Source: a virus (taxonomy: Duplodnaviria > Caudoviricetes). From it: a stretch of 25,009 bases of DNA. Position 1 is the stretch's first letter, and every line of letters begins with the position of its first letter. The stretch lies in IMG/VR virus record IMGVR_UViG_3300029318_000093, positions 1 through 25,009 of that record. One strand, written 5' to 3'. Both the position numbers and the translations under genes were made by a program. The notes beneath the pieces are model-generated. The model saw nothing but the letters and a program-made list of their open reading frames with translations, made no database searches and had not been told where the DNA came from. Shown piece by piece: positions 16,196 through 23,966 of the stretch.

Positions 16196-16382
16196 AGATG
16201 AATTTATTACAAGTATGGAACTCGCTGAACGATGGCGAGTCCATGCAGATACTGTTGAACGATGGCGAAGGCAGGGCAAACCCCCTTCTTTCTATTCGAT
16301 TAATGGAAAGATCCTCTATAAGGTGGCTGAGATAGAGGAGCTAGAACTAGCCAAACGTCAAAATTCTGAATTAAAACAATGA
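16179..16382 (+). CDS. HTH DNA-binding protein (excisionase/AlpA-like)
   Basis: ELAERWRV...TVERWR..GKPP.F..I.GKILY; AGGAGG RBS 6 nt before ATG 16179. Confidence 0.85.
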   Translation: MTLDSKDEFITSMELAERWRVHADTVERWRRQGKPPSFYSINGKILYKVAEIEELELAKRQNSELKQ

Positions 16383-16753
16383 CACTAGAATTACAATTAG
16401 CTGTTTTTAGACAAACAGATCAAGACAACAGGTCTTTTTATAAAGAGAAGTTCGATGCTTCTAAAAAATATCCTGATTATAAGGGAACTGTAAAAGTACC
16501 TGTAGGACAACTAGAAGAATTTATTTCTTACCTTAAAAATGCAAAACCCGATAATGATGGTTATGTGGGAGACTATATTCCATTAAGAGCATCGGGTTAC
16601 ACAAATACACCAAAAAATAATCCAAATGGTAAAAAATTCCTTGCATTAAAGATTGAGACAGACTATAAAAAACAAAAGGAGATATATGAGTCTGGTACAA
16701 CATCAACAAGTCCTGTTGATGCACCTTTAGGCGAAGACGAAATCGACTTTTAA
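16379..16753 (+). CDS. Putative single-stranded DNA-binding protein
   Basis: PDYKGTV motif, acidic aromatic tail EDEIDF, follows the recombination genes. Confidence 0.55.
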   Translation: MTLELQLAVFRQTDQDNRSFYKEKFDASKKYPDYKGTVKVPVGQLEEFISYLKNAKPDNDGYVGDYIPLRASGYTNTPKNNPNGKKFLALKIETDYKKQKEIYESGTTSTSPVDAPLGEDEIDF

Positions 16754-16757
16754 CTCA

Positions 16758-16978
16758 TGGGGCATGATCGCTAGTTTGTAAAAATCATAGTCATGGCTAG
16801 TTAATTTGCTGCTCCTTTGTAATCTTGAGGCTAATGACTCTGTATGGCCGTTGCACCAATTTTACAAAGATGACACGAGTTCCCATCGAGGATATATGAG
16901 AGAGTCAAAGGCAGTTTTCTGAAAGGTTTTTCTGCCTCATATGCTCATATATAAGCAAACGTATCTGTTAGTCCCCAA
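16758..16978 (+). ncRNA. Candidate multibranch structured RNA
   Basis: Closing TGGGG/CCCCA; two perfect 9-bp stems; AGGCAG/CTGCCT stem enclosing a GAAA loop; fills the intergenic gap. Confidence 0.55.
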
Positions 16979-16988
16979 CCTTTTTATT

Positions 16989-17264
16989 ATGGCAGACTCA
17001 AGAAAATCAGTACTTAAGCTAAAAAGACTTAGAGAAAAAAGACTTTTATGGCTTGAAAAAAAATTAGATAAAGATATTCGTGGTTATGATCACATCGTTC
17101 AATATCGAGATGATCATACTGCATATTTAAAGTCTGATTGGGTTGATGAAAATATAAGCATTATTATTATTAAACATAATTATGAGGTAAAAAAAGCAAA
17201 GACTATGTTAATTAAAGACTTCAAAAAATGGGAAAGAGAGGAGGTTGATAATGAAATCAAATAA
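16989..17264 (+). CDS. Hypothetical basic protein
   Basis: Start moved to MADSRK, just after the structured element. Confidence 0.7.
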   Translation: MADSRKSVLKLKRLREKRLLWLEKKLDKDIRGYDHIVQYRDDHTAYLKSDWVDENISIIIIKHNYEVKKAKTMLIKDFKKWEREEVDNEIK

Positions 17265-17475
17265 CTTTCCTGATAAAGAAATACTTGATATGCCACCCGA
17301 TATGGAAGGTGTAACAAGACCAAAAAAAGATAAAAAAACTAAGAAGTTTATATTTATTGTAAATGGAGTTGGTAATGCACCTATGAAGCTAACTACTTAT
17401 GCAGAAAATAAAACTAAAGCAATAAAATATGTGCAAGCAAGATGGAAAGATTGTAGCTGGAGGGTAGTTAAATGA
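17251..17475 (+). CDS. Hypothetical protein
   Basis: Start MKSNNF after GGAGG RBS. Confidence 0.7.
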   Translation: MKSNNFPDKEILDMPPDMEGVTRPKKDKKTKKFIFIVNGVGNAPMKLTTYAENKTKAIKYVQARWKDCSWRVVK

Positions 17476-17735
17476 AAAAAATTATTTTTCCAAAAGAACC
17501 ATATAGAGGACAAATATATTGGGACATGAAAACTAAAATTATTTTTGAATATTGGATACCAGACGATGACGCTCCTGTAGAAGTTAAAGCAAAATGGATG
17601 GCATTAGATTTTCAACAAGAATGTGTTGCAGGTTTGTTTTCACAAAAAGGCAAAAATAAATATTTTGCATATAACAAACTAATTGATTTGTTTGGTTGGA
17701 CAGACCAACAGATAAAAGATTTAATTAACGCATGA
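17472..17735 (+). CDS. Hypothetical protein
   Basis: 87 aa; ATGA-coupled. Confidence 0.7.
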   Translation: MKKIIFPKEPYRGQIYWDMKTKIIFEYWIPDDDAPVEVKAKWMALDFQQECVAGLFSQKGKNKYFAYNKLIDLFGWTDQQIKDLINA

Positions 17736-17839
17736 CAACAGATCAAAAGATAGCAGCAGCTACTGCTCGCATAAAAGAACTCGAAACACTTATTAAATTA
17801 TGGAAAGATGAACGAAGAACAAAAAGAATTTCTATTTAG
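17732..17839 (+). CDS. Hypothetical protein (35 aa, not in ORF track)
   Basis: Read manually: MTTDQKIAAATARIKELETLIKLWK...; ATGA-coupled. Confidence 0.55.
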   Translation: MTTDQKIAAATARIKELETLIKLWKDERRTKRISI

Positions 17840-17975
17840 ACACCCTTGGTTTTTAAAACTATTTCGTAAAGAAGATCGGCTTAAAATCCTTGCATCTTTT
17901 ACAACAGAAGAAGCTGAAATGATGATAGTTAGATATGATTTAGAACTTAAATACGGAAAATTTAAAAAAAAATAA
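17808..17975 (+). CDS. Hypothetical protein (55 aa, not in ORF track)
   Basis: Read manually: MNEEQKEFLFRHPWF...KFKKK*; fills operon gap. Confidence 0.55.
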   Translation: MNEEQKEFLFRHPWFLKLFRKEDRLKILASFTTEEAEMMIVRYDLELKYGKFKKK

Positions 17976-17978
17976 ATC

Positions 17979-18164
17979 TTGTATATCACACATTTAGTCT
18001 GCTCAGGACAAATCGGAGTCAACCCGATATATTATGGACTTACAGCAAAATTTAGACCTTGGTATTTCGATGGAAAAAAAGTTTATGCAGGTAGATTATA
18101 TGAGACAAAATCAGAAGCAGAAGACGCAGCAGCAAAACTTAGGGCAGATTGTATGTTGCGGTAA
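17979..18164 (+). CDS. Small protein, possible AP2-like DNA-binding fold
   Basis: TTG start; GKKVYAGRLYETKSEAEDAA pattern. Confidence 0.5.
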   Translation: MYITHLVCSGQIGVNPIYYGLTAKFRPWYFDGKKVYAGRLYETKSEAEDAAAKLRADCMLR

Positions 18165-18248
18165 TCATGTTTTTAGAGTTATAAATGGTAGAAGATATTG
18201 GATTAGTACACCACCTAATGGATACGAGGATAAAATTTGGCATAAATA

Positions 18249-18563
18249 ATGGCTTCTCTTAGATACCATGCTGGTCGCATGGTTCTATATGAAGAAGAGC
18301 CAAATAAATGGCGAGTAAAAATAAAAACAAAAAAAGGAAAACTTAATTTACCATTAAGTGCTACTGAATTAGAACCAGCTCTTATAGAAGCAGAATATTT
18401 ATATGCTGATGCCAGGTGTATGAGTAGAGATCATCCTTTATGTATTGATTGCATCCATCATCTTGTTATAAAAGCAGAATGCGGATTAGGGATGCCAGAA
18501 GGAAAAGCTAGTGGGGGAGTTTGGGCGAAGGATTGCGCTTACTTTTGGGAGAAGAAAATTTAG
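18249..18563 (+). CDS. Hypothetical Cys-containing protein
   Basis: 104 aa; CIDCIH..C.LG.PE...CAYF. Confidence 0.7.
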   Translation: MASLRYHAGRMVLYEEEPNKWRVKIKTKKGKLNLPLSATELEPALIEAEYLYADARCMSRDHPLCIDCIHHLVIKAECGLGMPEGKASGGVWAKDCAYFWEKKI

Positions 18564-18810
18564 CATCTAATTTATCAATATGATCTCCAGCTTGATTAAT
18601 TATTTTTGTTAGCCTAAAATTTTCCATTGCAAAAGCACTTATAAGATCTGGAATATCATCTGGATCTATGTAATTAAATACTTCTCTTAATACCATTTCG
18701 ACTTCAAATTCTTCTTCAAGAGATATTGTTGCCATTACCCAAGGCTCGACCTTACGTCTTTTTTTTGCTTGTTTGTTAAACCACCCAGACCAAGGCATTT
18801 CGATTTTCAT
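18508..18810 (-). CDS. Hypothetical protein
   Basis: ORF with probable start MKIEMPWSGWF; convergent overlap with previous gene. Confidence 0.6.
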   Translation of the reverse strand: MKIEMPWSGWFNKQAKKRRKVEPWVMATISLEEEFEVEMVLREVFNYIDPDDIPDLISAFAMENFRLTKIINQAGDHIDKLDAKFSSPKSKRNPSPKLPH

Positions 18811-18854
18811 TAGAGTGTCCTCCACCCTAACGATAACCAAATATCTATAAAAGT

Positions 18855-19052
18855 CTAGTTATTCCTTATGTACTGTGCTTTTTTATCTTCTATTGTTTGC
18901 TCTGGATATTGAATTGTATGCCAAACGTGTTCACAAGAAAAACATAATCTTCTTCTGATTATGATATGCTCCGAGTTCCTATCAGATTGTATTACTTTCT
19001 GCCTTGAGAGAGTATTGCATTTTGGACAAGTTACAAAATTTAATCGCTGCAT
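18855..19052 (-). CDS. NrdR-like N-terminal zinc-ribbon protein (no ATP cone)
   Basis: CPKC..KVIQS..IIRRRLC..C.HVW.T matches the NrdR Zn-ribbon pattern. Confidence 0.75.
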   Translation of the reverse strand: MQRLNFVTCPKCNTLSRQKVIQSDRNSEHIIIRRRLCFSCEHVWHTIQYPEQTIEDKKAQYIRNN

Positions 19053-19108
19053 CTATAGATTTGTATGGTTTTTTATTTTAATATAGAAGGAGTTATTTAA
19101 CTATAAAA

Positions 19109-19186
19109 ATGCATACACAAACAAGAGGTTACGGATCTTCAAAAAAAAAGAAAACAAAAAAAGTAAAAGTTAAATTAGGTAAATAA
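19109..19186 (+). CDS. Tiny basic peptide (25 aa, not in ORF track)
   Basis: MHTQTRGYGSSKKKKTKKVKVKLGK*; stop abuts the convergent gene's stop. Confidence 0.4.
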   Translation: MHTQTRGYGSSKKKKTKKVKVKLGK

Positions 19187-19348
19187 TTACCTTCCTGGAA
19201 ACAAAGCCCTTTCTAACGCATCACATAGACGATCATCTACTGTATTGTCTGTTTTTTTAACCATAGCTCGTACTATATCTAGTGCGAGTTTTTTTAATGC
19301 TTTCCCACGAAGAAACGCAAAAAGGATTGGCTCGATAATTTTTAGCAT
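19187..19348 (-). CDS. Small conserved cyanophage-type amphipathic protein
   Basis: MLKIIEPILFAFL...KTDNTVDD motif. Confidence 0.7.
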   Translation of the reverse strand: MLKIIEPILFAFLRGKALKKLALDIVRAMVKKTDNTVDDRLCDALERALFPGR

Positions 19349-19438
19349 AATTTTTTTTATATTGCTACGTTTATAGTAGCTCACTCCTCACACTTAGAGC
19401 TATAGCCTCTTCTGCTGGTCATAAAGGAAGGGGCTATT

Positions 19439-20044
19439 TTATGGTTTTGCATATATCCAACCAGTTACTATGTACTTAGGAACTTTTGTTGGATACCCAC
19501 GATGAACATAAGTCCAAGTTGCAGGGAAAAATAGTATACTCCCGACTTTAGGTTGTATTCTTGTACCATCAATAAATTCTGTCCAGCCACCATCTTCTTC
19601 TTTTATTGTATTTATATACCAAATGTAAGTATAAATTCTAGACCATCCTTCTTGCATACACCAATCGTGATGCCAATTATAAAACCCATTAGGTTCATAC
19701 TTTTGCACCTTATATCCTGTATCTTTTATGTCATAATTATAAACAGGATGTAAATTATATTTATCTCCTTCCATTTTTTTTACAGACATATTTTGTAGGT
19801 TAGTTTCATATTCATATAATGCTTTACCCAAAGCTTTGTATAAAATCTCATCTTCTTCTCTCCATGAAATATTATTTGTAATAGTATTTTCTATTGTTAT
19901 TTTTATATCTTTATCAACTCTAGGGTTGTTTTGATCTACTTTTCCTTCTTTTCTGTAAGGATCAGTTTCAAATTTATTAATAATCTGATTACAAAAATCT
20001 TCTGATAACGATTGCTTTTTTACCCAAATTAGCTCTTTAAACAT
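19439..20044 (-). CDS. 2OG-Fe(II) oxygenase (prolyl-4-hydroxylase-like)
   Basis: VQKY, WHHD (HxD), YIN..GG.TEF, FPATWTYVHRG, KYIVTGW. Confidence 0.9.
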   Translation of the reverse strand: MFKELIWVKKQSLSEDFCNQIINKFETDPYRKEGKVDQNNPRVDKDIKITIENTITNNISWREEDEILYKALGKALYEYETNLQNMSVKKMEGDKYNLHPVYNYDIKDTGYKVQKYEPNGFYNWHHDWCMQEGWSRIYTYIWYINTIKEEDGGWTEFIDGTRIQPKVGSILFFPATWTYVHRGYPTKVPKYIVTGWIYAKP

Positions 20045-20047
20045 TAA

Positions 20048-20293
20048 CTATCTTCTTGGCTTAATCTCTACAACAGCGAGTTCTACTTCTTTAAGTCTAT
20101 GAAATACCTCTTTCATGTCATCGTGCATATCATCAATTTTCGTAGTTAACAATTCTATTGCTGTTGTATTACGAACAAGATCATCTCTTGATTGTCTACC
20201 TCTATAAGATATTGATCCCACAGATACAAAACAAGCTGTTAACAATGCCCCACCTACTGCTGCAACTACCTCTACCACTTTACGACTCCTCAA
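20048..20293 (-). CDS. Single-TM + coiled-coil protein (possible lysis accessory)
   Basis: Hydrophobic N-terminus then heptad pattern; start uncertain. Confidence 0.6.
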   Translation of the reverse strand: MRSRKVVEVVAAVGGALLTACFVSVGSISYRGRQSRDDLVRNTTAIELLTTKIDDMHDDMKEVFHRLKEVELAVVEIKPRR

Positions 20294-20320
20294 TCTATGT
20301 CTATTATACAGAAAAACCCT

Positions 20321-20746
20321 ATGGAAAAAGATAAATCAAAAGATATACCACAAAAGAATAAAGAATTAGAGGATGACAAGCCCGACTATCAAGAGAAAAT
20401 TACCTTTTTAGTTTCTACAGTTGCACAAGCATTTATATTAACTTGGTGTTTACTAGTATTGTCTCTTGGATATGTAAAATTACCAAATAAATTGTTTGGA
20501 ATAGACATCCCAGATCAGCCAAGAGTAGATAGCACATTTGCAGCTGGTTTGTTAGGGAATATTCTTGGAGGACTAGGAATAAGCGTTAATGCAGCACAAG
20601 GAGCAAAAAAGAAAAAGAAAGAAGAAGGGGAGAATGGTAATATCGGTAACTCTGGAGGTGGCACACAAACTATAATAATAAAGCAACCACTAGAGATCGT
20701 CACAACAAAACCTGACGTAATCAAAGTTGATCCCACAAAAAAATGA
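20321..20746 (+). CDS. Two-TM membrane protein
   Basis: Two hydrophobic segments followed by KKKKK; ATGA-coupled to next gene. Confidence 0.7.
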   Translation: MEKDKSKDIPQKNKELEDDKPDYQEKITFLVSTVAQAFILTWCLLVLSLGYVKLPNKLFGIDIPDQPRVDSTFAAGLLGNILGGLGISVNAAQGAKKKKKEEGENGNIGNSGGGTQTIIIKQPLEIVTTKPDVIKVDPTKK

Positions 20747-21249
20747 AAAAACTACTTCCATTTTTGTTTTTGATATCAGCACCAGTTCACGCTGACATCA
20801 CTTCAAAATTTACATCAAGCGTTAGTGTAAAAGTTGACGCTGCTATGAGTCAAGCTACACGAATAGGTGCGTCTTATAGTGCTTCTGGTAGCAATATAGG
20901 AACAAGTAATACAAATGATCAGATTGGAGGCTTAACTGTAAGTAATGGTGCAGTTACTTTAAATGCTGGAGATTATTCTATAAATGGATGTGGAGAAGAT
21001 CCTGCCAACTGTGCAAGTACATGGTCATTAACAGAATCATTCACAGCAGCAGATACTATTCCAAGCAGTAACAGCACTATTACAGCTGGAACAGTTCCTA
21101 ATTTTGGAAGTGTGGTTTCAACTGTAGCTGGAAGTGGAGATGGTTTTGCAGGTTCTATTACATCAGGTCATGGCATAACAGGATTACATGAGGGAGATTC
21201 GGGTTCTACTGTTACAGGACAGTTTGTAACGGAGCTAACTATAAGATGA
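20743..21249 (+). CDS. Secreted Ser/Thr/Gly-rich protein
   Basis: Signal peptide MKKLLPFLFLISAPVHA; beta-rich mature part. Confidence 0.8.
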   Translation: MKKLLPFLFLISAPVHADITSKFTSSVSVKVDAAMSQATRIGASYSASGSNIGTSNTNDQIGGLTVSNGAVTLNAGDYSINGCGEDPANCASTWSLTESFTAADTIPSSNSTITAGTVPNFGSVVSTVAGSGDGFAGSITSGHGITGLHEGDSGSTVTGQFVTELTIR

Positions 21250-21252
21250 TTT

Positions 21253-21693
21253 ATGAAAAAACTTTTACTGCTAGTTTTTTTATATGCTTTACCGCTTAAT
21301 GCTCAACCAATTGTCCCTGCCTTTACAACTGGAACAGTTTCCAGCACAACAAATACGACCACATCTATCAATGAGACTATCACTTCTACAGATTATCATG
21401 GTAATTCTTATGAGTATTCTGTTACTGGATTGGGTATCTCAACCGATGGATCAGTCGCTCCAAATACAACGAATGTTAATGGGACAGTAGGTGGACAAAG
21501 TTATACATGGACAGGGTTAGATCTATCAACAGAGAACAAACCAGTATTCACACTAACCGACTCAAGTTCTGGGAACGCATTTCAGTTTACCGAAACTTAT
21601 CGAGGCCCTGGAGGAGTCTCCAACGTGACAGTAATACAAAGAAATATAGAATCACAAAGCGTAATTACAAGTACCTCAGTATTCTCTCAGTAA
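21253..21693 (+). CDS. Secreted Thr-rich protein
   Basis: Signal peptide MKKLLLLVFLYALPLNA; VP.FTTG, FQFTETY.GPG. Confidence 0.8.
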   Translation: MKKLLLLVFLYALPLNAQPIVPAFTTGTVSSTTNTTTSINETITSTDYHGNSYEYSVTGLGISTDGSVAPNTTNVNGTVGGQSYTWTGLDLSTENKPVFTLTDSSSGNAFQFTETYRGPGGVSNVTVIQRNIESQSVITSTSVFSQ

Positions 21694-22301
21694 TACTTTT
21701 ATATCCAACGCAAGTCTTTGCTAATGCTGTAAGTCAATCCAATAATGGCTCGGTAACGAATATGGCCATACAATCGCTGACAGGAAATATGACCACTAAC
21801 CAATACGGAGGAAATATTGTATGCCAAGGGCCGACACTCACGATTAGCCCATTCACCACCTTTGGAGCAAATTATTTGAAACCATATCGAGATTTTTATT
21901 CTACACCAGTTTACGATCCAACTGACGCAAACGATGATGGTGTGCCTGATAATCCAGGAAATATTCTTTATTATCAACAAAACTATAGTGGAACAAACAA
22001 AGATAGTTATGCACTAAATTTTGGAGTATCAGCATCTTTTAGTATTCCATTAGATCGTGGATTACAAAATCAATGCAAGTCTGCTGCTGATACACAAATA
22101 GCAATACAAAATCAAGTGTTGGAGAATAAAAGGCTTGACTGGCAGATTGCAAGAATTCGTGAATGTGGAAAATTGAAACAGGAGGGCATAATGCTGACTA
22201 CCGATAGTCCATTTTTTAATATCTGTAAGGATGTTTATTTAGTTCCAAAAGCCAATCAAGTAATTCCTCATACACATAAAATCATTCCTTCTCAGCAGTA
22301 G
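21507..22301 (+). CDS. Exported/membrane-anchored protein (start uncertain)
   Basis: Hydrophobic segment ending VFA, then NQYGG.IVCQGPT and S.PLD..C motifs. Confidence 0.7.
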   Translation: MDRVRSINREQTSIHTNRLKFWERISVYRNLSRPWRSLQRDSNTKKYRITKRNYKYLSILSVILLYPTQVFANAVSQSNNGSVTNMAIQSLTGNMTTNQYGGNIVCQGPTLTISPFTTFGANYLKPYRDFYSTPVYDPTDANDDGVPDNPGNILYYQQNYSGTNKDSYALNFGVSASFSIPLDRGLQNQCKSAADTQIAIQNQVLENKRLDWQIARIRECGKLKQEGIMLTTDSPFFNICKDVYLVPKANQVIPHTHKIIPSQQ

Positions 22302-22941
22302 ATTTCTTGCTAAAACGTCCCACTAATTTTTTCACTAGGGGCTTAATAATTGATAGTAGTGCTGGACTACTCGCAGCGATAAGTCCAATAGCAGTAGTGC
22401 TAACAACAGTAGAAACAGGAGGTAAGTACTGAGAGATGAACGGAACACTTTCATAGACTTCATAGCATTTAAGTCCATCATCTGATCTCCGATGAGATAC
22501 GACAATCTCTAGTTTAAGTTCTGAAGCATATTGGCCTACTCTTAAATTATCATCGCCAGGACAATCTACCAGCTGTACTTTTTCTTTTTCGATTTTTTGT
22601 TCTGGAATCTGCGGTTGTTCAAACTTAGATTTTGAAACTTCTTGTGCAGGTTTTTGTTGTTGTTTTTGTTCTACTATTTCTAATTTTTTAGGATTGTAAT
22701 CTATAGGTACATAAGATGGAATCTCGTGACCTGGAGGACAAGAATAAAAAGAGCCGTTCTCGTCATCATCAATAATTGCAGTATTAGTAGGTCTTACATC
22801 ACGATGTGTTTTAACACATCCAGGCAAATTTATATTTGGTAATGGAACATATAGATTATTTAAGCTTGATGGAGCAAAATTAGGAATATTTATTGTATTT
22901 ATTTCAGGAATAATTATTTCCTGTATTTCAGTCATAGGCAT
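22282..22941 (-). CDS. Pro-rich protein with C-terminal membrane anchor
   Basis: 219 aa; PGCV..H, PIDYNP, hydrophobic then basic C-terminus. Confidence 0.75.
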   Translation of the reverse strand: MPMTEIQEIIIPEINTINIPNFAPSSLNNLYVPLPNINLPGCVKTHRDVRPTNTAIIDDDENGSFYSCPPGHEIPSYVPIDYNPKKLEIVEQKQQQKPAQEVSKSKFEQPQIPEQKIEKEKVQLVDCPGDDNLRVGQYASELKLEIVVSHRRSDDGLKCYEVYESVPFISQYLPPVSTVVSTTAIGLIAASSPALLSIIKPLVKKLVGRFSKKSTAEKE

Positions 22942-23089
22942 CTCTTTTTTTTAATACTTCTACTTGCGAAAAACATTTAGGACAAGATAAATTAGTCATT
23001 ACCGAAAACTCTGGATAAGTTGGCATAGATTCATCAATATCTATATCTCCACTTGGTATTAACTCATCATTACACCAATAACAATTCAT
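22928..23089 (-). CDS. C4 zinc-finger protein (53 aa, not in ORF track)
   Basis: Read manually: MNCYWCNDELIPSGD...TNLSCPKCFSQV; ATGA-coupled to upstream gene. Confidence 0.75.
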   Translation of the reverse strand: MNCYWCNDELIPSGDIDIDESMPTYPEFSVMTNLSCPKCFSQVEVLKKRDAYD

Positions 23090-23310
23090 TTTAGTTTAGG
23101 TAATTGCATTGATGGCCCTGTTACATCAGGTATTTCTGCGTCTAAAATTTTAGGCATAAGTCCTTGTACATTACCTAAAACTTCATTCATTATTTTTGTT
23201 TTAAATTGTTCTGAGGTTACATATTTGAATGTAAAGAAACCACCTCCTAAAATGCCTAGAATTAAGACTGTAGATAAAATAGAAAGATAATTACAAATTT
23301 TTTGAAACAT
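23086..23310 (-). CDS. Single-TM membrane protein
   Basis: MFQKICNYLSILSTVLILGILGGGFFTFKYV. Confidence 0.75.
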   Translation of the reverse strand: MFQKICNYLSILSTVLILGILGGGFFTFKYVTSEQFKTKIMNEVLGNVQGLMPKILDAEIPDVTGPSMQLPKLK

Positions 23311-23440
23311 GATCAAAGAAGCATTAATTAAAGCAAGCGTACCAATTACATTTATGGTGCTTTTTTTAATTATAGGTTTAGCACCACTTTATGTCATGTA
23401 TGGCATTATTGACAGGAATATTCCAGTTAAGACTCGTTAG
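23309..23440 (+). CDS. Small TM peptide (43 aa, not in ORF track)
   Basis: Read manually: MIKEALIKASVPITFMVLFLIIGLAPLYVMYG...; fills the gap on the opposite strand. Confidence 0.5.
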   Translation: MIKEALIKASVPITFMVLFLIIGLAPLYVMYGIIDRNIPVKTR

Positions 23441-23606
23441 TTTCCTCACTTTGTTTTATCAAGTCTTCGCAAGCTGCAATACCACCTTGTATCTGTAATA
23501 TTTTACGTTCACAATTACCCATCACTTCTTTTGCTTCATTATAGTTTTTTGCGATCTGTTGTAGTTCTGATTGAAGTGCTGCAAGTTTTTGTTGAGGGTC
23601 TAACAT
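23427..23606 (-). CDS. Coiled-coil hypothetical protein
   Basis: Heptad-rich 59 aa ORF. Confidence 0.65.
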   Translation of the reverse strand: MLDPQQKLAALQSELQQIAKNYNEAKEVMGNCERKILQIQGGIAACEDLIKQSEETNES

Positions 23607-23654
23607 CAAGTCTTTAGTATAATACTAGTATAATACTAGCACTATAAACTTATA

Positions 23655-23966
23655 TCAACTAGGTTTTGGGTATTTGGCTTTAACAGGATCTACTATATCT
23701 GTCTTCCATTTTTCTATTCCGTTGTGGTAGATATAATCTAATTGTGTAGTCCAATCTGGATATTCTTTTATTCGCTCATCTTTATATTTTACTTTTGCGT
23801 ACTCAGCATCCAGTTTAGTTCTAGCTTCTTTTACTAAAGAAAAATCTACTTCTACTTTATTACCATCTTTATCAAAAGCACCTTCAGTTGTATCTATAGA
23901 AACTACAGGTCGTTCTGAGTTTTTATAAGCTTCAACAATAGCTTTATAATCAGTATATTCGTTCAT
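23655..23966 (-). CDS. Tail-fibre assembly/chaperone-like protein
   Basis: Y...R..EYP....QLD.IYH.G...WK...VKAKYPK motif; follows fibre genes. Confidence 0.7.
   Translation of the reverse strand: MNEYTDYKAIVEAYKNSERPVVSIDTTEGAFDKDGNKVEVDFSLVKEARTKLDAEYAKVKYKDERIKEYPDWTTQLDYIYHNGIEKWKTDIVDPVKAKYPKPS

Noticed and set aside
16758-16980. tmRNA or tRNA (GGGGC...CCCCAACC ends)
   Set aside because: No T-arm GTTCRA, no CCA end, no tag ORF recognised
18034-18249. 71-aa ORF as given
   Set aside because: 5' part overlaps 17979-18164; only a short 3' part (CCGNHVFR...) might be coding and no start could be supported
104-21980. Antisense or shadow ORFs (e.g. 104-346, 3582-3881, 5099-5506, 6280-6492, 7731-7994, 9341-9622, 11911-12235, 15119-15337, 15413-15649, 16533-16724, 17798-18022, 19553-19753, 21284-21490, 21699-21980)
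   Set aside because: They overlap better-supported genes and lack motifs or RBS, unlike the nested MTase ORF
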